Shown here: in pieces, positions 37,363 through 50,424 of the stretch
Numbering within the stretch: position 1 is the stretch's first letter
Layout: the number at the start of each line of letters is the position of its first letter
NCBI RefSeq assembly: GCF_006345805.1
Contig: NC_043010.1
Location: 43,710,001 to 43,774,000, forward strand
Direction of reading: 5' to 3'
From: Octopus sinensis
Taxonomy: Eukaryota
Length of the DNA stretch: 64,000 bases
Notes under the pieces: model-generated
The model's input: only the letters and a program-made list of their open reading frames with translations
Told to the model about the DNA's origin: nothing
The model's database searches: none
Made by a program: the position numbers and the translations under genes

Positions 37363-37583
37363 ATATTGGTTTCAAATTTTGGCTCATGGCCTACAATTTC
37401 ATGGGAATAGGTAAATTGATTACATTGACCTCCAGTGTTCAACTAGTACTTATTTTGTCAACCATGAAAAGATGAAAGACAAAGTCAGCCGTGGTGGAAT
37501 TTCAACTCAGAATGTAAAGACAGACAAAATGCTGCTAAGAATTTTGCCTAGCATGCTAACAATTCTGCCAGCTTACCACCTTC
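37363..37583 (-). mobile_element. tRNA-derived SINE, same family as 31012-31232, inverted
   Basis: The reverse complement aligns along its length with 31012-31232 (roughly 80% by eye). Confidence 0.8.
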
Positions 37584-37756
37584 AGTTGAATTTAAAGTAG
37601 AAGGTTAAATGACCCAGCAATCAAATCACCAATAGTATATTTCAAATTGAGGGCTTTTTAACTATTCTTTTCCTTTCAGTATGCAAACTTTTACATGAAG
37701 TTAAATATATTTCATTATTAAATCTCTGAACGAGATGTAAACAGTAACCGCTTGAC

Positions 37757-38046
37757 AATGTAAAGTATAATAGCCATCTCAATATGGTTAACCACAAAGG
37801 GTGGGTGTTACTGTAGCTTTTAGCCCCAGGAGAGCATCGTTGCCAGCTGGCTTTAGGCACACTATCTGTGCACTTATGGTATTTGCAAAGGGAGGAGAAA
37901 GGGATGGCCTCCCTTTGCAAATACCATAAGGGCACAGATAGTGTGCCTAAAGCCAGCTGGAGACGATGATCTCCTGGGGCTAAAAGCTACAGTAACACCC
38001 ACCCTTTGTGGTTAGCCATATTGAGATGGCTATTATACTTTACATT
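37757..38046. repeat. Long inverted repeat: 139-bp arms (5 mismatches) with a 12-nt spacer
   Basis: The left arm 37757-37895 is the reverse complement of the right arm 37908-38046. Confidence 0.97.
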
Positions 38047-38292
38047 AAATATATTTCACTTAACATCATTGTATTCACCGTTCAAATCCCAATGATGTCC
38101 ACTTTGTGATAAACTCTACACAATAACTAATTGGACTGATTGATCTGAATATATTACTGTCCTACTCTTACTCTGGTTAAACAAAAAAAAAGTCATTGTT
38201 GGTGTTTTGTTCTTAACTGCTATGTCATTTAGAGAAATATCTATGTATGTCAGGGAATGAATAAAGCAAGTGCTGTTTCTGTTCTGTTACAG

Positions 38293-38331
38293 GTGACCGA
38301 CAACCCAGCCAGCAGTCAGACATGTGTCTGA
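38293..38331 (+). CDS. KIAA0232: KIAA0232-like terminal coding exon 8 (VTDNPASSQTCV*)
   Basis: Acceptor tttctgttctgttacAG|G, phase 0, TGA at 38329-38331, followed by AATAAA at 38510. Confidence 0.65.
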   Translation: MTDNPASSQTCV

Positions 38332-38509
38332 GTCATGAAGTGTTTAGGAACTGTGATGCTAATGTAACCATAGACACTGTTGCTATGGCTGGATGTAAGA
38401 AGATGAGATGCAAAGTTGAAGGATACCCAAATGTCCCCAATTCCTTTTCCTCATTCTTCTGTAACTTCTTCACCCATCTGTTGGGTGAATCCCAATAGAT
38501 TGTCTTTCA

Positions 38510-38515
38510 AATAAA
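38510..38515 (+). terminator. Candidate polyadenylation signal AATAAA
   Basis: First AATAAA noticed ~180 nt after the predicted stop. Weak evidence in AT-rich DNA. Confidence 0.35.
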
Positions 38516-38549
38516 TTATATTTATTTAACTAAATATAAACATACACAT

Positions 38550-38564
38550 GAACAAATATTATGT

Positions 38565-38624
<60 letters not shown>

Positions 38625-39100
38625 CATATGCACATATATATATGTATGTGTGTGTATATATATATATATATTATATATATATATATTATATACATATGCA
38701 CATATATATATGTATGTGTGTGTATATATATATATACATACATATACATATGTGTGTATAAATGTATCTGTATTTGCATATATGTATATGCATATATATT
38801 GTGTGTATGTATATATATGTATATATATATATATACACACACATAAACACACACATAAATGTTTATATGAATGTGTGTGTTTTATATGTATATATATAAT
38901 CTCATTGTATATTTGTATGTGTGTGTGTGTATATATATATATACATATATAAACAGATATGATGTATATATGTATGTTTATAGATATGTGTAAAACTGTA
39001 AATATAATGTTATGTATATATACATGTGTGTGTGTGTGTGTATATATTATATACATATGCACATATATATATGTATGTGTGTGTATATATATGATGTATA
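38550..39100. repeat. Compound (TA)n/(TG)n microsatellite block
   Basis: Seen directly. It is the source of the spurious YI-rich ORFs. Confidence 0.9.
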
Positions 39101-40038
39101 TACAAATTTTATATAAATTTCAATCTTACTAGCATATGATTTTTCTGGCCTTTCTGTGAGCTGTTCACTATATATTAAAATATGTATGTTATGTATATCA
39201 GTAAGTATCAATGTCTGTGTGCATAAATATGTGTATGTATGAGCTTGTGCATGTATATCTGTATTTGTTCATGAATTTCTGTTTATTATATGTTTATGTA
39301 TATAAATGAATGTTTACATGTGTGTTGTTTGTGTGTTATACACACATACACTCATGTATGTGTACCTATACACATACACATACACCTGTGTGTGTTAAGT
39401 CGTGGAACTATGTTTGAGTAACATCATTGACATATATACACATACTGTAATTCTTGGATTGTAATATATACAAAGTTCCAATTAATCATTACAAGTGTAT
39501 GTGTGTGTGAGCATAATTATACGTATGTGTTTATATATATATATGTGTGTGTGTATGTATACATATCTAAATGCTATATATATGTGCATATCTATATGCT
39601 ATATATGTGTGTATGTGTATAAGCTTGAGTATATGTTCGTGTGGTTGGGGTTGTGTGAATGTGTATTTCTGTCCTGTACATGAATGGATACTCAGCCACA
39701 GGCAATGTGTCTTGATGCTCTCTCTCTAAACCTATTGTCCTCAAGCTCTGAAATGTTTTTGTTTTTTTCATTTCTGAGAAATTCTTTCTTTGTTGAAATA
39801 CATGTATTTCCCACAGCAGAGGCACCCATTTGTAGCACTATACCTTCATAATTGGTAATTACCTAACCCCTGCTACCATGTGTCTGAGTGTGTGTGTTTA
39901 TATGTATATATTGGTATGTATATATATATATATGTATGTGTGTATGTGTGTGTTAGTATGTATATGTGTGTGTGTGTGTGTTAGTTTGTATATGCATATA
40001 CATGTAAATGTTTATATTTACCTGTATATATATTTTTA

Positions 40039-40070
<32 letters not shown>

Positions 40071-40237
40071 ATGTATGTGTGTGAAGGCTGTTTGTCAAAT
40101 TGTAATGTTTGGCTTATGTTTGTAAGGTTGTTTTGATTCCTGCAATGTGCAGCATGTTGTATCCCTGAGCAGGACATGTCACTTCATGTTGCTTCAGTCT
40201 ATTTAGTTGCAAAATTGTACCAGCTGAATGCAGGCCC

Positions 40238-40239
<2 letters not shown>

Positions 40240-40326
<87 letters not shown>
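40240..40326. repeat. (CT)n microsatellite
   Basis: Seen directly. Confidence 0.95.
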
Positions 40327-40330
<4 letters not shown>

Positions 40331-41339
40331 CCCTCCCCAGTTGTCATAACCTTCATATTCCACTGAGCCATGGTTGGGAGTGCTGAGATAGATGATGTCT
40401 GTGTCTACTTGTGCCTACATTGGTACCAAATACGATTAACAGGAGCATCATACATGCTAATATGTGTTACTTGCTTTCCTGTGACAATTAAATTTGTGTA
40501 TGTATGTGTATATCTATCTACATATAATAGGTGAGAAGTTGCTAGTATAAGTATAGAACTAGTGCTCAGAATTGTCAGATTCTTAAATTCCAACATTCTA
40601 ATCAGGGCGAAATAGTCCAACAAAACAAAAGTTGGCTGTAAGAAATACATAATCCAAGCAAGTAATAAAGAGACATAGTATGGATAAATAATTATAGATT
40701 GCAAGTATTCGTTTATGTGATGTTACATATACATATTCCTTTTACAAAAAGATAAATCTTTACAGCTGTTTCAAAGATTCAGCAACTGGTTGATGCTATA
40801 ATGCATATTGCACAAAGAGACATAATAATATTAGAGTTAAATCTAATCACTGTTGAATTTCTTTTAAGTATTGTTAAGAGCATCTTCTTTAGAATTTCCT
40901 ACTTTTCCACAAATCATGATATCTTTAATAATCATATCCGAAACTATAATCAAGTCCTGCATACTAGTGATTTCCCTGATAAAATATCTTACACCCAGAA
41001 CACTAGGCACAAAATCATGCTTAAAGAACTAATTCTGCACAACGATTGTACTACAACTAATCTTAATTAGACCACTAATTATAATAAGGTTTTAATTAGG
41101 ATAGTAATTATGCTGCCAATTTCATAGAGTCTTTCGTACAAAACACCCCTCCCTTCCTAAGTATAATACTAACAGTTCACCCCCAGTTATGCCATGACTA
41201 CCCTTCTGGATGATGGGTTTGGAGAACTCAAGATTCATCTATCCCAGGATAATAGCCCCCTAAAATATCCAGGAAAGTATAAGAAGTATAGGAGGCATGA
41301 GGTTTTTATGGTTTGCACCACTATTTTGTTTGCAAGTAA

Positions 41340-41665
41340 GTCTCATTTAAACTGATCTTCATTATTTCAATGTCCAGTTTTCCATGCTTGCATGTACTGG
41401 ACAGAATGTGTTGAAGCAGATTTTCAATAGAGTGGCTACCCTTCCTGTCACCAACTCCCACCTGTTTCCAAGTAAGGCCAAATATGCTTGCATGGAAGGA
41501 AGGAAATGAAAGACACCACTTGTATGTCAGCCACACTCATTCAAATCCACTCAGAATACTTAGGTCAATTTGGAGCTGTAGCAGAAGACGATTTACCAAG
41601 GTGCTATGCATTGGGACAGAACCCAAGACCATGTGGTTGAGAAACAAGCTTCTTAACTACACAAC
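41340..41665 (-). mobile_element. tRNA-derived SINE with RTE-like tail
   Basis: The minus strand reads GTGGTTGTGTAGTTAAGAAGCTTG head ... GTTGGTGACAGGAAGGGTAGCC ... CATGCAAGCATGGAAAACTGGACATTGAAAT. Confidence 0.7.
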
Positions 41666-44600
41666 CACACCTGTACCTACATGTCTTTCAATATTCGAAG
41701 ACCACCTTGACGTAAATACCACTCCAAATCTTTCATGTCCACAATCAAACTTTCTTATTCCACCACACTTAATCTTGGATCCATAGTCATAGCAGCAAGT
41801 AAATGGAAACTCAGCCTTATATAGACTTGTAAATTTTGTAATGATATTTAGTGTTACCATAAATACAAATAATTGTAGTGGTAGCAATAATATTAATAAT
41901 GATATGAATGTGATCCACTATCTTCATAATAATAATAATATATTCTTGAACAACAACAATTGTGATAAGTATAATAACCATAATAATAGTAATAATGATA
42001 TTAATAGCAAAACCAACATAATTCACATCAGACCTGGAAATAACACCCTTACTGGAGATATAAATAAAGATATGAATAAGAAATGCTCTAATATCAGCAA
42101 CAGCATTAAGAGGAATCCCAGTAGTAATAATTTTATTTACAGTAATTGTAATCTTATATTATAAAAGAGAAGCCAATCTTCATCTGGCTGTCCATAACAA
42201 CATCTATGTAGAGGGATGGAAGAAGGGGAGAAATCAACTGGGGAGGTAACCCTTGTCACAGCATATATTTAGGAGGGGAGGAGAAAAGTGGTTGAGAGAG
42301 AGATAGTGTGTGAAAGATAGATAGATAAGTAGACAGGTAGAGTTACCATAATAACTAACAAGTTTTTATTAAAAACGCAGGAATTTTAAGTGAAAGTCTG
42401 TCAACACAATGCAAACTTCGAAATAACTATATGTATAATATATAGTTATTATTTTGGTTGTATGTTTCTGTGTGTCTTTCAACATATAAACAATGCAATA
42501 CGGGCTTTAAAAAAATACTTTCACTATAATGTGAAATGGTTATTGCTGAGAGATAGAGAGAGAGAGAATGTGTGTATGTGTGAAAGATAGAATCAAAATT
42601 TATTTCAAGAAAAAAAAAGAAACAGTTTGTTGTTGAGCATACCATTGTGACCATTGTAGTAGGCTTTTGCTGAAGAATCTATTTCATCTGACAGCAAAGC
42701 GAAAGGAATAGCAATAGTATTAATGCTAAAAGTAACTTAATCCATAATATGAAAAAAAGTAATTTCAGGATACCCAGTAGATACCATTTCTGTATAATTT
42801 TATAAGTGCGCTGTCTGTAGTAATCACCAAAATATACATAGGCTCTTTGGCTGATTTTAAGAGATGCTGTTTGGCACATATTAGTTTGTTCTCTAATATT
42901 AAGCATAAATCTTCTACTTTGCTAGTAAATTATATTCATCATCTCAAAGCTAATAGTGTTTCCTTTAACATCTGGTTAAATTAGGGCTGGAAGACTTTAC
43001 ATGGATGGTTGTACTGCATACGATTTGTGCAGCCAAGGATCCCTTAAGATTTTACATGAGAATAAGGATCTCTTTAATAAGCAATATTATATAACATCCT
43101 GCAGGCATAGATTTTTAAACATTTTTTTCCTTTTACCATAGATTAACATGTTCCAGTTGGCATTTATAATTATACATTTTGTATTCAGATCTAGCCTTCT
43201 AATTCTTGCTTTTATCTATTTAGCCTAAATAGAATGACGACCTACCTTAATTCAAATGAAGCTTTTCAATTATTGTACGTTTTCCATTTGCGTAATATTG
43301 TTGGTTGTTATAGTTCATCCTCATAACATTTACATCTTTTTATTTCTTTATATTTTTCTAGTGGCTTTATTCTTATCTGCACACTCAGACACTTAAATCA
43401 GCTTGTCAATGCCTCTTTTACACAGAAGAGGCCATTTCATTTACCATTTCTGTTTTTCTTAATAGATTCCCTTTCATCTCCCTTTATTCCTTATTCTTCA
43501 AACTTAGATCTACAACCTGTTCTTAATAGTCAATTTTTCAAAACCAGTCTTTCATTCTTTACTCTCTTCTTTCTCATCCTTTTTCTATATCCCACCTCCC
43601 TCACACATATTTTTGCTCTTAATTTTACATCCTTTCTCTCCCTTTTCCTTTATTCACGTCACTAGTTCTAATTACCCTCTTCTTCCTCCATCTTTTTATC
43701 GATACTTATGGATTTTCCTAAATATGTGGCCTGCTACTATTGCATTCACATTTGCTACTCATCCTTCTGATGAAAATATTCAGCATTTCCAGCATAAAGA
43801 TATGAACGTATCATGCTTGATATTTTTGCTTATTTACTGTATATGATTATTGCTTCACTATGTACATTTATTTGCATAATATGCACTGTAGCATCAACTT
43901 TGGAAACAGCTGTAAAGATAACATCTCATATAATTGCATTAATGCCATCAATAGTTATTTGTCCATCTTTTATTTCATGTGTGTGTGTATATAAATATAT
44001 GTATACACACACACAGTGTTATGCATTTGAAGGCAGTTGCATATGTTTGTGTGTGTTTGTCATCACTTCACAGCCAGTGGTGATTTTTTTTTGTTTTAAC
44101 TTTTCATAACTTAGTATTGCATCAAGCAGTTACTGAAGCTCAGTACCAAATTTAAAATATGTATTCATTTGATCTGGTGAAGTAATCGCTTCAAGGTGAT
44201 AGTTACTGAAACCAGTGAAGTAATGCATATACACATACACATGTGTCTGTTTGTGTGTGCTAGTAGGCATATATACATATATAAGGCAAGGTATGCATTT
44301 GTGATTAGGAGGACCACTTATCCTTGTGGTTTGGGTTTTCTCCTATGCAGCAGCACCTAAAGCTACTGTCTACTGCTGTGAAGCCAGGTTAGCCAATGTT
44401 TTGCAAATGAATTTGGTAGACAGCTGTTATGTGTGTGGTGAGGGGAGGAGTAGCTTAGTGAATGTTTATACCTTCCATGCTTCACATTAAAATGTGCAGA
44501 GCTCCAAGCAGTTAAAGTTTGTTGTCATTTTTCATGTCAGCAACGTTGTCCATCGGCTCTGCACTTTTGACAGTATGTTTGAGTAAGAGATTCCTTGCTT

Positions 44601-44719
44601 ATATAACAGATAAGGTTTGGTGACTGGAAGAGCAACTGGCTGTAAAATGATGCCTTAATCATAAATATTTGTCTAATACATTCTAGAATAGTGAGAAGTG
44701 CATGGACAAGCAAACAGTA

Positions 44720-44730
44720 TGTATGTGTGC

Positions 44731-44770
<40 letters not shown>

Positions 44771-45043
44771 GGCAGGATTGATTGAATAGATTGAATTGTT
44801 TGTATGTGAATTTATAGATATTCATCATAACTGGTTTTAACGAGTATGTTTACTTGTATGTGTATATGTTGGTCATGTATGTTTGTGTATAGGTTTTATG
44901 TATATGTAATGTCTATATTTGGATGTATGTATACATTTTTTTTTAATTTATGTACACGTCTGTATATATGCGTAAAAGTATTTTTGTATATATAACTATA
45001 TAAATGAATATATGTAATAGAAATACATGTATATATCATATAC

Positions 45044-45082
<39 letters not shown>

Positions 45083-45395
45083 TGTATGTATGTATACATA
45101 TGTGTGTGTATATTCATTTATATATGCCTATATACACATATATATATATCCTTGTTAAGTTTGAAGTACTTATATTCTGCTATTGATTTGTCAAATTAAT
45201 GGCAGGGTATTCATTGAACTTCAAAATCTGGTTAAATTAATGGGAATTGTCCTCCAAAAATTAACGCAATTCTATTAAAAGAAATATTTATCCACTCATC
45301 CGGTGTTTAGTACTCATTCTTTCAGTTCATTACTAACATATCCATATGTATCTGTGTATGTGTGTATTTATGTGTATATGTATGTATGTATGTAT

Positions 45396-45453
<58 letters not shown>

Positions 45454-47041
45454 GCGATTGACATGTATATGTATCCATGTGTGCGTGTGTATATATATAT
45501 ATATATACACGTGTATGTGTATACATAATTTGATGTATATTACATGTGTGTGTTTATGTGTTCCTGTTAACCATCCTATCCATGCATGCAAGGAAGACAG
45601 ACATTAAATGATGGTGATGATGATGATGATATATATATATAACAAAGTGAAGTTGTAAGGTACCGCATGAGTACAATTATATATGAAAGAAGGTTTGAAA
45701 ATGCAGTTTTAAAAGATGTTTATCTTTTAAAACTTCATTTTTAAACCTTCTTTCATATATATATATGCATGTGTGTGTTATACACAGACACTCATACATA
45801 CATATAGCTCTGCATATACGTGTGCAGGTAATTGTGTTGGAATGTGTGATCCTAAGAGAGAGTGCATGCATGTATCTGGTTCATACAGGAGAAAACTCAA
45901 CACATGAAACTGTGCATGTGCAGCTATATCTGTGACTAAGACTGAAATGTTTGTGGAGTAAACACTGTCCCCTTCAGTCAGTGATGCAGCTCCACAAATT
46001 ACACTATGTATACAGATATAGCACAAGGTACATAGACACACACACACACATACACACTCATATATGTATATATATATATACTGTTATGTCTGCATATAAC
46101 TAAGTGTACTTTAAAATATATATTCTCCAACCCATGCCTGCATGGAAGACATGTTAAATGATGATGGTGGTGATATAAGTATATGCATATATGCATTTAT
46201 GTATTTACATTTTTCGCATATAATATCTTTTTGTGGAGAATGGTTTTAGTGTTTGGCTACAGCCTAATGTAAATGTATACATGCATGCATGCACACACAC
46301 CCATGTGCATATATGCTGTAAAATGTGAATTTAATTTTCCCTAAATATACACACTATTTCATTCACATGTATATCAGTACACATACACACATTCATGTAT
46401 GTATGTATGTATGTATGTACATATATATACATCTAATTCTTTTCATGCACATGCATCCAAATTGGTTTTTTTATTTATTTATTTATAAACATATTTATTT
46501 TTAAGTTTTATTTTTTACTTTCTGTTTCTTACAGAACCATAGAATTCACTCCTGTTACTTGTGACTAAATCCACTCTCATATACCCTTTACTTATCTACA
46601 CAAATGATTATATGCATATATATACATCAGTGTTTGTGTTTTTATTTTAATGTACATTCACACAACCAAAGCTGTATGTCTAAACTAAAATTAGCATATG
46701 CACACAAACATACATTTTTATATGTTTTTGCATGTGTATATACAAACATATACACGCTCATGCTCACTTCTTTATAGTTACACAAATATCAACCTGTCAA
46801 AAATTCCTGACTCCACACATGATAACATGGTGAGACAGCTGAGCAAAAGTAATACACATGCATATAAAATAGTTACTACTAATGCAAACTTTCATTTTCC
46901 TTAATCCCACACACAGACATATCTGTCCTGAGATATATATACACACACACACACGTTATGTGTGTCTGTGTGTGTATATATATATATGTGTGTATGTATA
47001 TGTATACCCACAGATGAACATATATGTATGTGTGTACATGT

Positions 47042-47092
<51 letters not shown>

Positions 47093-47514
47093 ACACACAC
47101 ACATGTATATGTGTATATATGTACTTCATAATACTCATATATATATATATATATATATATATACATTATATATATATAAATACATACGTGGTGTGTGTAT
47201 GTACATATATGTATGAATATGTGTATGTGTGTACATTATGTATGTAATTATATATATATGTATATAATTATATACATATATAGGTGTATACATAGGTCTG
47301 GTGGTGGAAACAGGAGAAATAGAAATCAATATACATGTATGTATATTTTTTTAATCGATGAAATATTTATCAAAGCATTGCAAGACCCAAGTGTTTCGTG
47401 CATAGCACTTACCAGACTTAAATGTATATATGCATCTGTGTGTGTATGTGTTTATATATATATATATAAACTTGGGTTGAGTTCTTCACTGGAAATACCC
47501 TACCAGGACCTAAG

Positions 47515-47545
<31 letters not shown>

Positions 47546-47713
47546 TGCCTATGTAAATTTATATATTCATAAACGTTTGTATATTCAATATGCATATTGA
47601 TAAATATATGTGTTGTATAAGTGTATATATTGTTTATATGCATATAGGTGTGTATATATACATATGTATGCATATACCTGTGTGTATAAATATGTATGTT
47701 ATATATATATGCG

Positions 47714-47740
<27 letters not shown>
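44720..47740. repeat. Dense clusters of (TA)n/(TG)n/(TATG)n microsatellites
   Basis: Several blocks (44720-45140, 45340-45550, 46920-47740) seen directly. Confidence 0.85.
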
Positions 47741-47744
<4 letters not shown>

Positions 47745-48147
47745 GCCAAAACTCTTACACTCTTATTATCTGTTGACTTCATGTTTTTTCCTCTTCATTA
47801 TGTTTGTAATCAATTTCAAAAGTTTTGTTGATTTTTTACCTATGTTACTTCAAAATTGATATATTGTTCAATCTAAAACAGATATTAATAAAATTAAGGC
47901 TGTATAAATCTGTTATTGAAAGTAAAATCGTGATTTCTGTACTTCCTGTTCATTAGCCAATCAACATTGTAACAGGATCATTCCTCTTTAAGTAACTAAT
48001 TATTGTTGAAGCCCAATCATACTAGTTTCAGAGGTTGCCTATCATTGATCAACGCTCTCATTATTTCTCGTAACTACTCAATCATTGATAGTAAAGTATT
48101 GAATTTGCCTTCTTCACATGTTCAGAATAATTGGACACCATCTAAGC

Positions 48148-48395
48148 TAGTGGTTGTCAACTGGAGTCTACATGACCCTGGGGGTGGGGAGGCATGAAAA
48201 AATTTGTCTTTAGATGTTTTTACAGCAAGAAAAATCTATTTCTTTCTCTAATGTTTGTAAAACAAAATAGGAATTTTGAAAGAAGTATCTGTATAAATAG
48301 TTTTTAAACATTGAGTAGATATGGGGGTTCACCAGTGTAAAGTAGTGATGAAAGGAGTCCATAGGTAAAAAAAAAAAACTGGTTGAGAACCACTG
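48148..48395. mobile_element. hAT (Charlie-like) MITE, 248 bp, with intact 8-bp TSD
   Basis: TIRs TAGTGGTTGTCAACTGG / CTGGTTGAGAACCACTG. Identical TSD ATCTAAGC at 48140-48147 and 48396-48403. Confidence 0.88.
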
Positions 48396-49326
48396 ATCTA
48401 AGCAATGAATAGATCCTTTGAGAATAAGTTTACACCTTTCAACAAATAACTAGAAACATTGTAGAACATGGAACAAAATGTGGCATAAAAAAGTTTGTAA
48501 ACACTTATAAAAAAGTTGAAACTGTGGAAACTGCCAAACACAGCGAGTAGCCTAACCAACAGATGCCATCTCTTACTGATCATTGGAAGACATCAGAAAA
48601 AATCTTGCAAACATTATCAGCTTGAGGTCAGACCAAGCAATAGAAGTATGAGGTACAAACTCTTTAATTTAAAACAAGACTGTCAAGAAATGTAATAGTG
48701 TGGTTTTATATCTAGTAGAAATTGTAGCCATATTGAAATTATAAATAGAAATTTAAATTTAAAGAAACTATTTTTTGAATGAAGTTGACATACTTTCTCA
48801 TAATTCAAATGAAGCAATTTTTCAGGTTGACAGCATCCCCATATCATTGAGCGAAATCCAGTATGAAATGGTTGAAGACCATTAAATAAACGTTTTTACA
48901 ATGGATTGTAAAGAACCTCAACCTTAACCTGATAAAACATTCATAATCAAGAATGTAGACCAATATCAGTTTTCAGTTTGGAAAACTCAGTTGATAGAAG
49001 CTAACATAATATTGTTCTGAACACTAATACTTATTGTTATACAGTACACTAAACTATTTTGCTTTATATGGTGCTTCAGGTACTTGACATTAATGCATTT
49101 TGCAATATTTAAATGTCAATGTTGCTTTATTCAGTTGAAGAACAATATCCATTTTAAAGTAACTTAGGTTACAGAACCATAAAGTATTCTTAGAAGACAG
49201 GAAGGAAAATTATTATAAATAGGAAATGGGCACAAAGTCAACAAGCAACAACTATGTAAGAAAATGTTCAGAATTTTGGCTACTGTGTGTGTGTGAGTGT
49301 AAAATATATATAGTGTATTAATATGC

Positions 49327-49352
49327 ATGTTATATATGTGTGTGTGTGTGTG

Positions 49353-49429
<77 letters not shown>

Positions 49430-49567
49430 GTATATATATATTATATATATGTAAATATATATGTGTGTATTTATATATATGTATATATATATGTGTGTAT
49501 TTATATATATATATATATATATGTGTGTATTTATATGTATATATATATATATGTGTGTATTTATATG

Positions 49568-49626
<59 letters not shown>

Positions 49627-49655
49627 TATTATATATATATATTATATATATATAG
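49327..49655. repeat. Compound (TA)n satellite with recurring ATATATGTGTGTATTTATAT units
   Basis: Seen directly. Confidence 0.9.
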
Positions 49656-50281
49656 TGCATACTGCTAACAGCATATGCAGATTGCAATCAACTGAAGGGT
49701 TCTGGAGTGAAAAAAAAACAAAAATATTTCCTCCAGTGATGGGCAGACTGTTAGTCTGATATTTGTAAGGGCAATTATGTATTTTCTCAGAAACCGTGTT
49801 ATGCTGTATTCCTTCATCCTGAAAGATGGTTTTTCTACCTATCAAAGAATCTAAGCATGTTCTGAGGAAAACTTGTCTTTTTTTTTTTTTTTCTCTCCTC
49901 TTGTTGTTTTACACTCTATTATTGCCATTGATTAACTTTTTTTTGTTGTTTTTGTCAGCAGCTATGTTGATGGTGGTTGTTTTTGCGGTAGGATCGCAAG
50001 TGACATTCACTACTCTTGTTATTGTTATTGAGACTGTTGTTGATGATGATGATGATGATGTTTGTTTTTCCTTTATCAAATGTGACAGTTTTGTTTTAGC
50101 AGAATTGAAAAAAACCTCAACTCCACCCATTCCCTACCACCACATCTACCTTCTTCACGTGTATTCTTTTTCTTCTTCACTTGATTTATAGAATAATTTC
50201 TTGTTCAGTTTGAGTATGTAGCCATATCTTGGTTTGTTGCCAATGATATTTTCAATATACTCCGTAGTCTTTTCCTGTTCT

Positions 50282-50424
<143 letters not shown>

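Noticed and set aside
40405-40704. Minus-strand 99-aa ORF with a possible acceptor (ttcttacAG)
   Set aside because: No homology recognised and no chain of phase-compatible partner exons found.
41817-42164. Asn-rich (+) and Ile-rich (-) ORFs
   Set aside because: They derive from degenerate (AAT)n repeats.
45880-45900. CATACAGGAGAAAAC (HTGE-) resembling a C2H2 zinc-finger linker
   Set aside because: No flanking C-x2-C/H-x3-H pattern and an in-frame stop nearby.
38548-49759. Numerous YI/CV/HT-rich ORFs
   Set aside because: Translations of (TA)n/(TG)n microsatellites.
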